Source: Oopsacas minuta (taxonomy: Eukaryota; Animalia; Porifera). Taken from it: a DNA stretch of 64,000 nucleotides. Below are positions 11,825 through 23,201 of the stretch, piece after piece. Position 1 is the stretch's first letter; every line of letters starts with the position of its first letter. The stretch covers positions 744,001 to 808,000 of the forward strand of contig JAKMXF010000110.1 of NCBI GenBank assembly GCA_024704765.1, in the 5' to 3' direction. The notes under the pieces were generated by a model. That model was not told the DNA's origin. It ran no database searches and was given only the letters and a program-made list of their open reading frames with translations. The position numbers and the translations under genes were made by a program.

Positions 11825-13465
11825 GTAGAGATCTTACAGCAACTGAATCACCCTTGTGTAATCCGTATAGAGGGTGCTTACCAATCTAACACCTTGTTCC
11901 TGATTGTATTGGAACTAATGGAGGGAGGAGAGCTGTTCGATTGGATAATATCTCTAGGGAAGATGAAGGAAGATCAAGCTAAATATGTGTTCTTTCAAAT
12001 GTTACTAGCTGTAAGGTGTGTTAAATTGTAACTATAAACACAGTTAGTTCCGGTTATATCTAAGCTTAAGGTATCGTTAGAATTAGCCGATGAAGTATAG
12101 CGAATATTTCCTTGTTAATTATAACGGAAGAGGTTTTGCCATTATTCATGTTTTCACACCTTTTTTAGTGATTAATCATATTTTCACAGCTTCTAGCCTT
12201 ATCATATAGATTTGTTACCAAGGGGTAATCATATGTAACTAACTTTAGTTCCAATTTACTCTACATTCTACTTTTAGATATTTACATAGTCAGGATATAA
12301 CTCATAGAGATCTTAAACCTGAGAATGTGTTGCTAACCAAACAAACTGAGGAATGTACAATCAAAATAACAGATTTTGGATTGTCACGAGTGGTTGGAGA
12401 GAATTCATTAATGAAGACACTTTGTGGCACGCCCTCATATTTGGCGCCAGAAGTTCTTTTGAACGCTGAATCCCGTGGTTACGGTCAAAAATGTGACTGT
12501 TGGAGTTTAGGTGTTATATTATTCATACAGCTGTCTGGCTACCCTCCTTTCTCTAATGAGATTACTACACATAGTCTGAGAGAACAGATTACTCAAGGAT
12601 TGTACTCATTCCCAAAGGTGTGAGATTATGCATGGGTCCTTTTATACCCTAGGGGGTCAATTTGTTCTCGTTTGTACTTGTCTAATTACTTGCTAACAAG
12701 GTGTTACAGTGTGTAACTATATCAGCTGTTCTGAGGTGTCATATTAACATAACGTATTGAATTTAATTAGTAATATGTATGTATGTATAGGAGTACTGGG
12801 GTGAGGTGTCAGGTGTTCCTATCTCCCTGATTAGGTCTCTGCTAGAGGTGGATGTAGATAAGAGGATTACTGTACAGCAGGCTATTGAACATCCATGGTT
12901 CAATGATCAAGATCTACAGAGGAAAGTATGTTGTGTATTATTTAATACAGATTATTGGGAGATATGATTAGTATTTTGGAATGTGAATATTTTCACACCT
13001 TTTTGGTGTATAATGATAAGGCATTATATTGGTGCTACTGGATGTGTACACTGTCATTCTCTTGGTTGTTGAAGTATTTGATATAATTATTTGTGATTAA
13101 TCATATTTTAACACCTTTTGGCCATTATTCAAAATCTTGTTACAGTTTTCGTTTCAACGGTTAGTCTGGGGTAATCGCGTACGTAGAATTCGATTCTGAC
13201 GTTTATCCGTGAATATTTATCATATTATTTTCCATTTTTTTAGATAAAGTCTAAATTTGGAAAGGACATAATTGTACAGGCCCTTGCTCCATCCAGGACA
13301 GAAAGGAAAAGAGGTTCTCAGGATAAATCTAATTATAATAATGCAAAAAGATCTAATATCGAAGCTGGTAAAATATGTCCTGCTGATTTGGACACTAATA
13401 GACCCATTGGATCATTCTCTCAGTCACAACATGTTAATGTATCCTTCATGGATACCAATATGTAG
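11825..13465 (+). CDS. CHEK2: Checkpoint kinase 2, 3' half (exons 11825-12015, 12278-12617, 12791-12925, 13244-13465)
   Basis: ttag|[12 protein letters not shown]...[12 protein letters not shown]...FFQMLLAVR|[19 protein letters not shown]...KITDFGLSR...[14 protein letters not shown]...[10 protein letters not shown]. It starts at an acceptor, not an ATG. Confidence 0.93.
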
Positions 13466-13764
13466 AATGGAATGCTATCTTAATTCATCACTTGAATTTT
13501 AATTAGTTTTCCTATTTTAGAATTCTCAACTTTTTATGATCATTTCTCTTGCTTGATTGATTTTAATTCAATTAGTGGAGGCCTAATGGTGTCAACTATG
13601 GGGACAGGTCCAATTAATGGTATTGTATAGATGTGTACCTGTGCCAAAATGTTAATATTTTCACACCTTTTTCATACAATTAGACAAGTTAACACTTATC
13701 AAATTTCAACAATTCACTTCTATTTATACTTACTCATAATCTGCTCAACCAATCAAATACAAGA

Positions 13765-13992
13765 ATGCAGTTATCTATAGCAAAACCAGTTACTGCACCC
13801 CCTGGCTCATTCCGGTCCTCCTCCTGGTGGTTATATAGGATCGGAGTTATGTTTAAGTACTCTGGTGTCATGTTTAGATGGGGCTGGCTACCATTCCTTG
13901 TGTACTTATGCGTTGCTAACGCTGAGCCTCCTGTAGAACCAGATATGCCAGCAGTAACACTATTGAGAGTGCTAATACCAATAATAATGTAA
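13765..13992 (+). CDS. TOMM7: Mitochondrial outer-membrane translocase subunit Tom7
   Basis: FRWGWLPFLVYL...PDMPAVTLLRVL resembles the Tom7 signature (IRWGFIPLVIYLG...DPGMPEPTVLSLL). Confidence 0.7.
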   Translation: MQLSIAKPVTAPPGSFRSSSWWLYRIGVMFKYSGVMFRWGWLPFLVYLCVANAEPPVEPDMPAVTLLRVLIPIIM

Positions 13993-14210
13993 TTATTTTG
14001 GTTGTTAGGTTGTTAGGAATTCATTTTGTATTTGATGGTACTTCTATTAAATCATCCTTATTGTATTATTGGACTATGGATTGTTCAGTTTTGCTTTATC
14101 AATATACAATAATTCTGCTTAATAGGGAGGAGACCATTTAGACCCGATTAACTGGTGGTTCTATTAAAATGAGATTGAGTAGTGATATTTTCTATAATCT
14201 CATCTAGATA

Positions 14211-14843
14211 ATGGCAAGTTGGGTTCCGGGACCGGACGGATTGAGCCTGGTTGAGTTACCAACTGAAGCTGAACCTCTAACAACTGTCACAATATTCCAA
14301 CAAGCTAGAGACACAATAGATACAGATATTAATGAGATTATTGAGTGTCTAAATAATAAGAGAAAACAGCTGTTTGAGGAGATTACTAATTTAGAGAATG
14401 AGTATACACGTAAACAACAACAAACACAAAAAGAAATACAGAAATTAACAAATCTAATAACACATACAGAAGAAGCATTGGGAGAGAATAATCTGTTAGA
14501 AATACAAAATAAACTAATTGGGGATATCAGACAAGAAATAGAAAAAATAAATTTAGAAATCGAGCAAGAACCAAACTACAATATTGAAGTAAAATGGAAA
14601 CAATATTCTAAAGGTATAGCTTTTCTTATTATTAATGATTACGTCATAGAGAAAGTTAGTCAAGAAGCTCCCTCCACTGGACAAGGGATTATTCCTTTAA
14701 GCGATGATCAATATTTCGAATCAACTAACTCACACGATGACCTGCTCGTGGTCAGTTCTCCAGCATTTGATTTACCTAGTTTAACACCGGGTATAGAACT
14801 AACACCGGCTATACAACCGGCCATCTTTTATACCCTCAACTAG
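14211..14843 (+). CDS. Intronless coiled-coil family member 1
   Basis: 210-aa ORF with the VTIFQQARDTIDTDINEIIECLNNKRKQLFEEITNLENEY core. Confidence 0.8.
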   Translation: MASWVPGPDGLSLVELPTEAEPLTTVTIFQQARDTIDTDINEIIECLNNKRKQLFEEITNLENEYTRKQQQTQKEIQKLTNLITHTEEALGENNLLEIQNKLIGDIRQEIEKINLEIEQEPNYNIEVKWKQYSKGIAFLIINDYVIEKVSQEAPSTGQGIIPLSDDQYFESTNSHDDLLVVSSPAFDLPSLTPGIELTPAIQPAIFYTLN

Positions 14844-14998
14844 GACTAGAAACTAAAACCAGAATATATTTGACAATTAGCCATTTACCTATTTTATAGT
14901 ATTTCTATATATTTTGTTTCCTATTTGGATTTGAATATTTGTAAACATTGAGTTGTTTGTTGTTGTTTATTTTAATTAATTTCTCGTACTTGTAAGAA

Positions 14999-15883
14999 AT
15001 GGCTAGTAAAAGCGTACCAGAAGATGTCACAATATTCCAACAAGCTAGAGACACAATAGATACAGATGTTAATGAGATTATTGAGTGTCTAAATAATAAG
15101 AGAAAACAGCTGTTTGAGGAGATTACTAATTTAGAGAATGAGTATACACGTAAACAACAACAAACACAAAAAGAACTACAAAAGCTACAAACCCTGATAT
15201 CACAGACCGAAGAATTAGGAGAGAATAATCTGTTGAAGTTACAGCGGAAAGTAGTAGCGGAGATTCAAGAAGAAATAGAAAATCTGAGTTTAGAAAGTGA
15301 ACAAAATCCGAATTATAATATTAAAGTCAAATGGGAATACTCAAAGCGTTCAGTATTTCTTATTGTTGGGAATTATACTATTGAGAAGGTTTATCGAGAT
15401 AAACAATCCACTGAACCATGGAGTACTTCCTCTATCGATGGTCAGGAAGTTACTGTAGTTGTTGGTTCAGGAGAGGGCAAGGATGCTGATTTAAAAGTAA
15501 GGGAGGGAGGTAGCACTGTGTCTAAAGAGGAGGTAGTTGTAGACACCCGTAATTCAGAGGTTAAGGAGAAAATCCGTGAGATTCCAAAGGTAAAAGTAGG
15601 AAAGGAGGATTCTTATAGTGCACATATTCCAAAGGGAGAATCCTGGCATGATGGTAGAACTAATTACCGTTCTGACTGGAGTCATATAGGAAGATATTCT
15701 GATAGAAATTATCAAGATTATGAGAACTGGGAATGGGATGCTTCTGATAAACATAATCAAGCAGAGTTTAATAACGTTTTGGGGGGAGAATTTCGACAAG
15801 GAGGGTTTGATAGAGGAGATTTTGGACAGAATAAGAGGGAAGGTAGGAAGCACAGGTCTCGATTTAGAAAGCCGAGGAATTAG
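14999..15883 (+). CDS. Intronless coiled-coil family member 2, R/G/D-rich tail
   Basis: 294-aa ORF with the same core, near-identical in nucleotide sequence to member 1 over ~150 nt. Confidence 0.82.
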   Translation: MASKSVPEDVTIFQQARDTIDTDVNEIIECLNNKRKQLFEEITNLENEYTRKQQQTQKELQKLQTLISQTEELGENNLLKLQRKVVAEIQEEIENLSLESEQNPNYNIKVKWEYSKRSVFLIVGNYTIEKVYRDKQSTEPWSTSSIDGQEVTVVVGSGEGKDADLKVREGGSTVSKEEVVVDTRNSEVKEKIREIPKVKVGKEDSYSAHIPKGESWHDGRTNYRSDWSHIGRYSDRNYQDYENWEWDASDKHNQAEFNNVLGGEFRQGGFDRGDFGQNKREGRKHRSRFRKPRN

Positions 15884-16170
15884 AGAGGTTATAACGGCGA
15901 CAACGCAGATCCCTAATCTGAATTAATGCAAGCTAGTCTCACTTGTTTCTTAATAATATAATTTTGAGAATTACTCAAGTTTATCTATTAAATATTTCCT
16001 CTTTTCTAGAGATTTATTCTTTGCTTGATAGAACAGAGAATACAGTAGACTAATCGGGTCACAGTAAACTAGTGCCGATGTACACGGAGTCTACTGATCT
16101 AAATATGTTGTTATCGATATATTGACATCTATTCAAGAATTCTGTATCTTTATTAATTCTAATTTTAGAC

Positions 16171-16713
16171 ATGACTGATTGGGAAGAGGAAATTGCATCT
16201 CCGATAAATGTCACAATATTCCAACAGGCGAGGGACACAATAGAGCAAGATATTAGTAAGATAATTCAAAGTCTAAATGATAAAAAGGCTGTAATGTTTG
16301 AAGAGATAGATAGACTCGAGCAGGAATATGCACATAAACAGGAAAAGTTCCTGACTAATTTGAATACACTAGATTCTTTGAAAATGCGAACAGAAGAGGA
16401 ATTAGGAGACAATATTCTGGCAAAAGTACAGAAGAAAGTGATTAAGGATTTGCAGGAAGGGATAAACCTAATGAATTTAGAGATTGAAAACTCTCCTGAT
16501 TATGAAATTAAAATAAGATGGCGAATGAATGTAGACAAATTGCTACAGAACATTAGCATTTCATCGATTGAGGTTAAGATGGCGAATGTACAACAAGTTC
16601 AAGCTGCTCAGCTACCAGTTTATGTAGCTGATACTTTTAGAAGTACAAAGAATAACAAGACTTTTGGTTCTCGTCATGAATTCCCTCACATCGATTGGGA
16701 TGATGAATGGTAG
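16171..16713 (+). CDS. Intronless coiled-coil family member 3 (more divergent)
   Basis: 180-aa ORF: NVTIFQQARDTIEQDI...EELGDNIL...PDYEIKIRW. Confidence 0.8.
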   Translation: MTDWEEEIASPINVTIFQQARDTIEQDISKIIQSLNDKKAVMFEEIDRLEQEYAHKQEKFLTNLNTLDSLKMRTEEELGDNILAKVQKKVIKDLQEGINLMNLEIENSPDYEIKIRWRMNVDKLLQNISISSIEVKMANVQQVQAAQLPVYVADTFRSTKNNKTFGSRHEFPHIDWDDEW

Positions 16714-16920
16714 TTGAATTAATATTCAATATTGCCATCACTCTATCTACATATGAACTAACTCTTTATTCTTTATCTTATTACTTTTGTGAAAACAAAT
16801 TTGATAATTTCAGTGTTGAACTAAAAGCTCTAATTAAATTAGTTTTGTTATAGTGTGGCTACCAGCTGATACTGTGTTGGTGTTTATTCATCATTGAAAT
16901 ATTTCCCGTACTTGTAAGAA

Positions 16921-17811
16921 ATGGCTAGTATAATTGTACCGGAAGATGTCACAATATTCCAACAAGCTAGAGACACAATAGATACAGATATTAATGAGAT
17001 AGTACAGTATCTTATTGATAAAAAGGTTCAGCTGTTTGAGGAAATTACTAATTTAGAAGATGAGTATAAACGTAAACAACAACAAACACAAAAAGAAATA
17101 CAGAAGCTTGATTCATTATTGACACAGACAGAGGAATTAGGAGAGAATAATCTATTGAAAGTACAACATAAGTTAGTCACAGAACTTCAAGAAGAAATAG
17201 AAAAATTGAATTTAAACACCAAAAGAGAGCTTAACTACAATATTGAAGTAAAATGGAAGTGTCACTCTAAAGGTGTAACATTTGGTATAATTGATGGATA
17301 TTGTATACAGAAGGTTAGTAGAGTAACTAACTCGACAAAACAAATGGAGAGTTCTGGTCCAAACGATTATCAGGACTATTCTGTAGACGATCATTTAGAT
17401 AGTTCAGGAGAGGGCCAGTCTAGTGAAGTAGGGATACCTGAGGGAGGTTATGGCAGAGGCTTTCGTGGCACAAGGGTAAGTTTGGGAAGAGGAAGAGGAA
17501 GTTTTATGCCAGATTTTCAGAACAGCAATCCCTGTGAAGATGGACCAAACTATCAGAGGGAAAACTCTAATGCTAAAGGTTTTCCTCGTGACTTATCTGA
17601 AGATAGAAATAATGGATCATTATTTTGGGGTCATAGGGGATTCTCATCGAACCGTAATTCTGTCAGTCGTGACATGAGAGATTTTGGGAAGGAAGAGGGA
17701 TTTGGTGAAAATCATAATCATATCTCTAGACAAAACAAGAACCGATTTAGAAGAATGCCGAAGACTAGTTATAAAGAACAAGCAAGGAGTTTTTATAGTG
17801 ACTGGGACTAG
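16921..17811 (+). CDS. Intronless coiled-coil family member 4, RG/RGG-rich tail
   Basis: 296-aa ORF with the core plus GGYGRGFRGTRVSLGRGRGSF. Confidence 0.82.
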   Translation: MASIIVPEDVTIFQQARDTIDTDINEIVQYLIDKKVQLFEEITNLEDEYKRKQQQTQKEIQKLDSLLTQTEELGENNLLKVQHKLVTELQEEIEKLNLNTKRELNYNIEVKWKCHSKGVTFGIIDGYCIQKVSRVTNSTKQMESSGPNDYQDYSVDDHLDSSGEGQSSEVGIPEGGYGRGFRGTRVSLGRGRGSFMPDFQNSNPCEDGPNYQRENSNAKGFPRDLSEDRNNGSLFWGHRGFSSNRNSVSRDMRDFGKEEGFGENHNHISRQNKNRFRRMPKTSYKEQARSFYSDWD

Positions 17812-17937
17812 AACTATAACCGGAACTAAACAACAATAATACAAATAATAATTAATTTTATCGAATTTCCTTAGTCTATTTCTTATAGAGTTAATGAATA
17901 GAGTTATAACAGTAACACATTTGTATGTAATTAGTAA

Positions 17938-18831
17938 ATGGAATCACTTAATGAACTATCACAGACTGGAGAGGACATTCCAGACATTCCAGACATTCCA
18001 GAAAATGCAACCCAATCACCTCAATCAGTCTCCCCTATAACCACTGATAATATCGATCTGCCCGCCAATCAGAATGAAGAGTTTGATATATTATTGGCAG
18101 AAGCTGATAGGATTTATGAAGGAAATTATGACGTAATTGAAACTGAAACTGAAACCATATTTGAACCAACTAAATATATGCGGGCTATTACGAAAATTCA
18201 GAAATTTGACACTAAACTTAGAGTATTATCAATGAGAGATAAAGCACTTAGGCGGCATTCCAGAGCTATGAAAGCGTTGCTAGAATCTGGGAAACTGGAA
18301 GAAGCGGAATATTTAGCTTTACAAGTACCTGCCAACGAGAAGATCGATGAGGAATGTACAGAACAAGATGGGATATTCCATCAAACCGAACTTAATTCTG
18401 AACAAACAGTTCATTTCCCGAGGATCAATACTCAGGTGAATTTAGTAGGTGTTGAAAAGGAAGATATTCCTAAGGATACAGAGAATATAACCCTCACGGA
18501 GACAGATGAAAAAAGGTTAGAGGAAATACTCGATAATGAACCTTGCGATACCTTGGTTACCGAAGAGTCGATTGGAATGCAAGAGATAGATTCTAAACTA
18601 GAATTATTGGGTACAGTAACGGACAATAGACCACCCAATGACGTGTTACAATCATATTCCTCTTCTATAGATGATATACTCTCCCGCGAGGAGTTAATTA
18701 ACCCATTTAGTTCCTCAGAAGATTATGAACTGAAGAGAATAGATATGGAACTAGGAGTGCTAGCTAGTAAGGAGGATATAGCTATATCACAATGTGTTGA
18801 AGCTATACTCTCACAAATACAAGACAAATAA
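17938..18831 (+). CDS. Acidic protein of unknown function
   Basis: 297-aa D/E-rich intronless ORF; no family recognised. Confidence 0.65.
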   Translation: MESLNELSQTGEDIPDIPDIPENATQSPQSVSPITTDNIDLPANQNEEFDILLAEADRIYEGNYDVIETETETIFEPTKYMRAITKIQKFDTKLRVLSMRDKALRRHSRAMKALLESGKLEEAEYLALQVPANEKIDEECTEQDGIFHQTELNSEQTVHFPRINTQVNLVGVEKEDIPKDTENITLTETDEKRLEEILDNEPCDTLVTEESIGMQEIDSKLELLGTVTDNRPPNDVLQSYSSSIDDILSREELINPFSSSEDYELKRIDMELGVLASKEDIAISQCVEAILSQIQDK

Positions 18832-19369
18832 TAAATACAAACTTATTTAATTGAACCGGAATTGTTCTTTGATATTTATTTGGGTGAGGTGGGGGTTGGA
18901 GGGCTAGTGGTCCAATTTACTCTAGTATATGAATCTTCTAATGTGAATATTTTCACACCTTTTTGGCAGATTTGAGTATACATCCAGCTATTTCAATTAG
19001 TTTAAATGTTTACTTAGTTTTCTATCTCAACTCAAAATAATAAAATTTAATACATAAACTACACACATATCCAATGTCCTGTATCACACATAATATTGTA
19101 AGATATACAAAACTGTCTAATATACAGCTGTTATGTCGTAGCTTCATTTCTTATAGTTCTTCTTTCCTTGGTTTATTTCTAAATAATACAATCAACTAAT
19201 ACATACATATTTCCGTCTTCACGTTCATAGAAAAATTGAAGTCCCAATGGCATGAAATTGGCACATGGGTACATTATGGGGTGTAAATGTGAGGATTGTG
19301 TCTCGGGGTACCAACGAGGAAGTTCCATCGCTTGGTATATGTATATATATTGGAGCTATTAATTCCCTA

Positions 19370-19437
19370 CGGTGTATACCTGTTATAAGAACATGTATTG
19401 CTACTCCTAAGGATGTTCTTATAACCAGCATACACTG
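19370..19437. mobile_element. Short MITE family 2 derivative (hairpin)
   Basis: TA|CGGTGTATACCTGTTATAAGAAC ... GTTCTTATAACCAGCATACACTG terminal inverted repeats. Confidence 0.7.
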
Positions 19438-19452
19438 CATTAATATTAACAC

Positions 19453-21676
19453 TTACTCGGTTTCATGTACTGGGATATTTTCTGCGTAATTATCTTCAAA
19501 CACCTCTCCTCTGTTATAGCCTATACCATCTAACATCTCACAAACCTTATTTTTGTAATTATTGGTAACACTCGGGTTTGGCGTATCAAAATACATTTGT
19601 GAAGCTTCTCCAGTATTATACGCAGGCCATTGAAGCTCAGATGTTCCGCTGTTCGGACTGCCGGCGTGAGCAAAGTTCCCCCAATACGCTTGTGTCTGTT
19701 CAGATAGTCCCTTGTCCTCTTGGCTAAATTGACGCCCCCATAAACTAACTGTACCAAATACATAAGGTAATTCTGCTGTGTGACAAGCGAAGTTATAACA
19801 AGCATTTTTCTTAGAGATATACGTTATAGGTTTACTCCAAATATAGGACCATATTAGATCACCCTCTGATACCGTTCTCACATATTGTCTGGTTGGACAA
19901 ATGAATAAATAATCTCCTACGATCATTGACAACCTTTGTATGTATTCAGGATTTGTACGTGGTGGTTTATACAAATCATTATATAACTTTTCTACGTCAC
20001 CAGATTTGAATTTGAATAATCCGAATAAGATTATCATGTATAAATATTCTTGTTCTATTTCCAATTTCCTCTGGACAAATTTCACGAATCCGAACCCTTC
20101 ATTTGTAGTTGTACCCACTATCTGAGGGGGCAGTAATGTTTTGTTACTTACCATATCCATCAGAGCGACGAAGGGTTGTTGAGTAAGTTGTACCCCATCG
20201 ATGATCGGTGACCAAGGCATAACTTCCATCAGAAGGTTTAGGGAGTCTGTAACAGCTATTTTCATTTCTTGTGCTTTTAAGATTTTATTTGTTGACTTAG
20301 TCTGCATACAGTGTATGGTAACACAGCCTAGTCTCTATCAGAAGTCACAATTAATCATATAGCGGAACATCGTCAATACAAACAAATATTCATTACACAT
20401 AATAGTTCCCTATTATTGTAATTCAATTGGTATTACTCTAACAATTTCCAACCGTCCGTTTGTCGAGGTTACACTGTAATTATCTTTATAAGTGCTATGG
20501 GTCGATTTCCTTAACAAGAATTAGTTGTATCACTTACCCAAATAAACTGGTACCCTAATAGCTCAGCGTCTCCCGATGATCTATAGGGAAGTGTCCATCC
20601 ATTGCTCTCCATTATGACGTAATCATAAAGCCCCTTTGATAGAGGTGATACCATATGAACAGCAACTGACATCGCTCCAGAACTTTCTCCGAATAAAGTT
20701 ATTTTCCCCTTCCCTCCGAAATATGAGATATACTTCTTGACCCATTGCATTGCCATCCGCTGATCCTGTATACCCATGTTCCCGTCTATTCCATGCCAAA
20801 AGTTCTTTAAGAATCCCAAAGCACCCAAACGGTAGTTAAGCGTTACTACAATTGTATCTGTGTGATTAGATAGGAATCTATATTAGGTGAGAAAGGTTAA
20901 TAGCTCAATAGTTCACAAGCTTGGGTCCACAGTCAAAGGATCTCAATATTTGTAGGGTCAGTAATTACCTTGAATCCAGCAAGGGACATGAAGCGCTCCC
21001 TTGGAAGTATGCACCTCCGTGAATATAAACTAGAACATCATAGCTCTCCTGTGGATCTTGTGTCCATTTCAAAGGTGTGAAAATATTAAGATAAAGACAA
21101 TCCTCACTTGTTTCTGTTGGACAAGCGTATGGCTCTGTCATACAATCCTGTGGACAACCGGGTGGTGGGTCTTTAGCATCTAGATTACCTAGTGTTATTG
21201 TAATAATTAATCTACGCATTTTACATACGAATAGTGGTCTCGTCCGTATGCGGTCTCCTGGTAAATCTAGTGGGTCGATTGTCATGAAATTGGCACATGA
21301 GTACATTCTGGAGTGTAGATGTATACCTAGGTTGTGAAAACTTTCTAAAGTGAATATTTTCACAACTTTTTGGTGGTTAAAGTTCGACCTATCGACAGGA
21401 TATTTTACTCTATTTTTACATTTACGAATTACTCTTGTATTGCAATATAATTATCTAAAAGATACCAGTCCAAGGTGTGAAGTCTTTAGGTGGCCTCCAA
21501 CGTAGTTTTCCAACAGGAGGATCTGTATACGGTATCCGGTAGAACTCCCAAGACTCCCCGTTAGAATATCCTGTTATAGATCCGAATGGCAGATTAACAG
21601 TAATACTATCATCCCTATCATCACATACAGTTTGAAATACTGCTGAGATAACTAGTAGTAATAGAAGGACTGTCAT
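19453..21676 (-). CDS. Secreted type-B carboxylesterase / cholinesterase-like (exons 21676-21466, 21188-20969, 20877-20538, ~20334-19453)
   Basis: Signal peptide; IPYTDPPVGKLRWRPP, SEDCLYLNIFTP, VYIHGGAY, NYRLGALGF, GESSGA (Ser), GTTTNEG (Glu) and ACHTAELPYVFG (His) give an intact triad. Confidence 0.92.
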
Positions 21677-21835
21677 TGGAGGGAAATCTATAATATAGAT
21701 TTACTGATAGAATTATTAGCTATGTAGCCAGAGGCCATAACCCATCGCATGATCCTGTAGCTATACTGCCTATTTGCATATCTATACGCCTCTGTCGTTG
21801 TCATGACAATAGTCAACTTTTGTATCACATGGCAT

Positions 21836-21900
21836 AACGGTTCCAAACCTGCGGTACATGGACTCCTTGGTGGTCAATGGAGGGCTGTAGGGGGTCCACA
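21836..21900 (+). mobile_element. hAT-like MITE left end
   Basis: GGTTCCAAACCTGCGGTACATGGACTCCTTGGTGGTC resembles 25201 and 61174. Confidence 0.45.
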
Positions 21901-22391
21901 GAATCTCAAAATTTGTATAGCAATGGGTAAAGGTTTGAATTGCTGCATTAGGGTCATGAATATATTTGATAATGTATCTTTACCTTTTAAGAGTTGGTTT
22001 GGCTCTGTAATCTGAGTAGATATAGGATTTGTATACACATATAGTATCTCTTAGATAATATTTGCTTTGTAGTGCTTTTGGAAAGTTGCAGAGTTTGTAA
22101 CTATCAGTGTTTTGTCTATTTGATTGTTACTACCCACACCATGTGTATGTGACTTCATTATAATACACAAGCACTCTCTTAGGGTCCAATCAATACAAAA
22201 TGTGTCTCACATGTGCAACACGTTAAAGTACAGGATGATTACACATTCTTTCCGTTGCTATGGATATCTTAATTACGACATACCTATCAACATATCTGTA
22301 ACTAAGCTACGCTCTATCTTATTACAATGAATAGGCTACTGAACATAATAGTATCCATTTATTCTATATTTTAATATAATTACTTATACAA

Positions 22392-23201
22392 ATGGCAGGC
22401 AAAAGCGTAGACAGTAGGACACCATTCCATTCGACCCGTCTGTTGCTAGATAGCACAATTCGTGAAATAGTTGAGTGTTTAGAAAGCAAAAGAATCGAAC
22501 TAAACTCTCAATTAGATATTTACCAAGAAGATTACAAAACCAAACAGAACGAAGTAGTTGCGGATATTCAGCAGTTGGAGCTATTGAAGAAACACACAGA
22601 GGGTTTAGCTAATAATAGTTTAAGCGATTTACAAGAGAAAGTTGTTGAAGATATCACTCTTAAGATTAGTAATTTGCAGACACAATCAGAGCCGCCTGAG
22701 CTGAGACTTAACTTTGATAAAAATAGTTTATTCGTGCTTATAAATGAGATAAATATCGTTGGTTACGAGTGTTGTAGTTTGGAATGCGATTCTGATGAAC
22801 ACAGCGATGGGGTAACAAAAGACGGGACCCCTAAAGGTCGTGAGAAGAAGGGAAAGCGGAACAAAGAAGCCAAGGTTAAGAAGGGTAAGAAAGAGAAGGA
22901 TGATATTTGGACCTGTGAATGTGGTGACAAGGAATGCGAGTTTATAACAGATGAGATATCTGATAAGAAGAAAAAGAAATACAAACATCAGAGAGATGAT
23001 AGAAAGGAGGAAATAGATGGACAGACGGGCAGTGATGGAAAGAAGGATAAGGACAAAGGGAAGAAGGGGAAAGAGGACAGGAAAGGGTCTCAAGGGGAGG
23101 GGGCAGGTCAGGGGAAGAAAGGGAAGAACAAGGGGAAAGGCATTATTAGTTTTGATGCACATGCGTTAATTGAATCTACTGATTTAACAGAGAGCTTATA
23201 A
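22392..23201 (+). CDS. Coiled-coil family member with a Lys/Asp/Gly-rich tail
   Basis: 269-aa ORF; TIREIVECLESKRIEL...LELLKKHTEGLANNSLSDLQEKVV aligns with the array core. Confidence 0.78.
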   Translation: MAGKSVDSRTPFHSTRLLLDSTIREIVECLESKRIELNSQLDIYQEDYKTKQNEVVADIQQLELLKKHTEGLANNSLSDLQEKVVEDITLKISNLQTQSEPPELRLNFDKNSLFVLINEINIVGYECCSLECDSDEHSDGVTKDGTPKGREKKGKRNKEAKVKKGKKEKDDIWTCECGDKECEFITDEISDKKKKKYKHQRDDRKEEIDGQTGSDGKKDKDKGKKGKEDRKGSQGEGAGQGKKGKNKGKGIISFDAHALIESTDLTESL

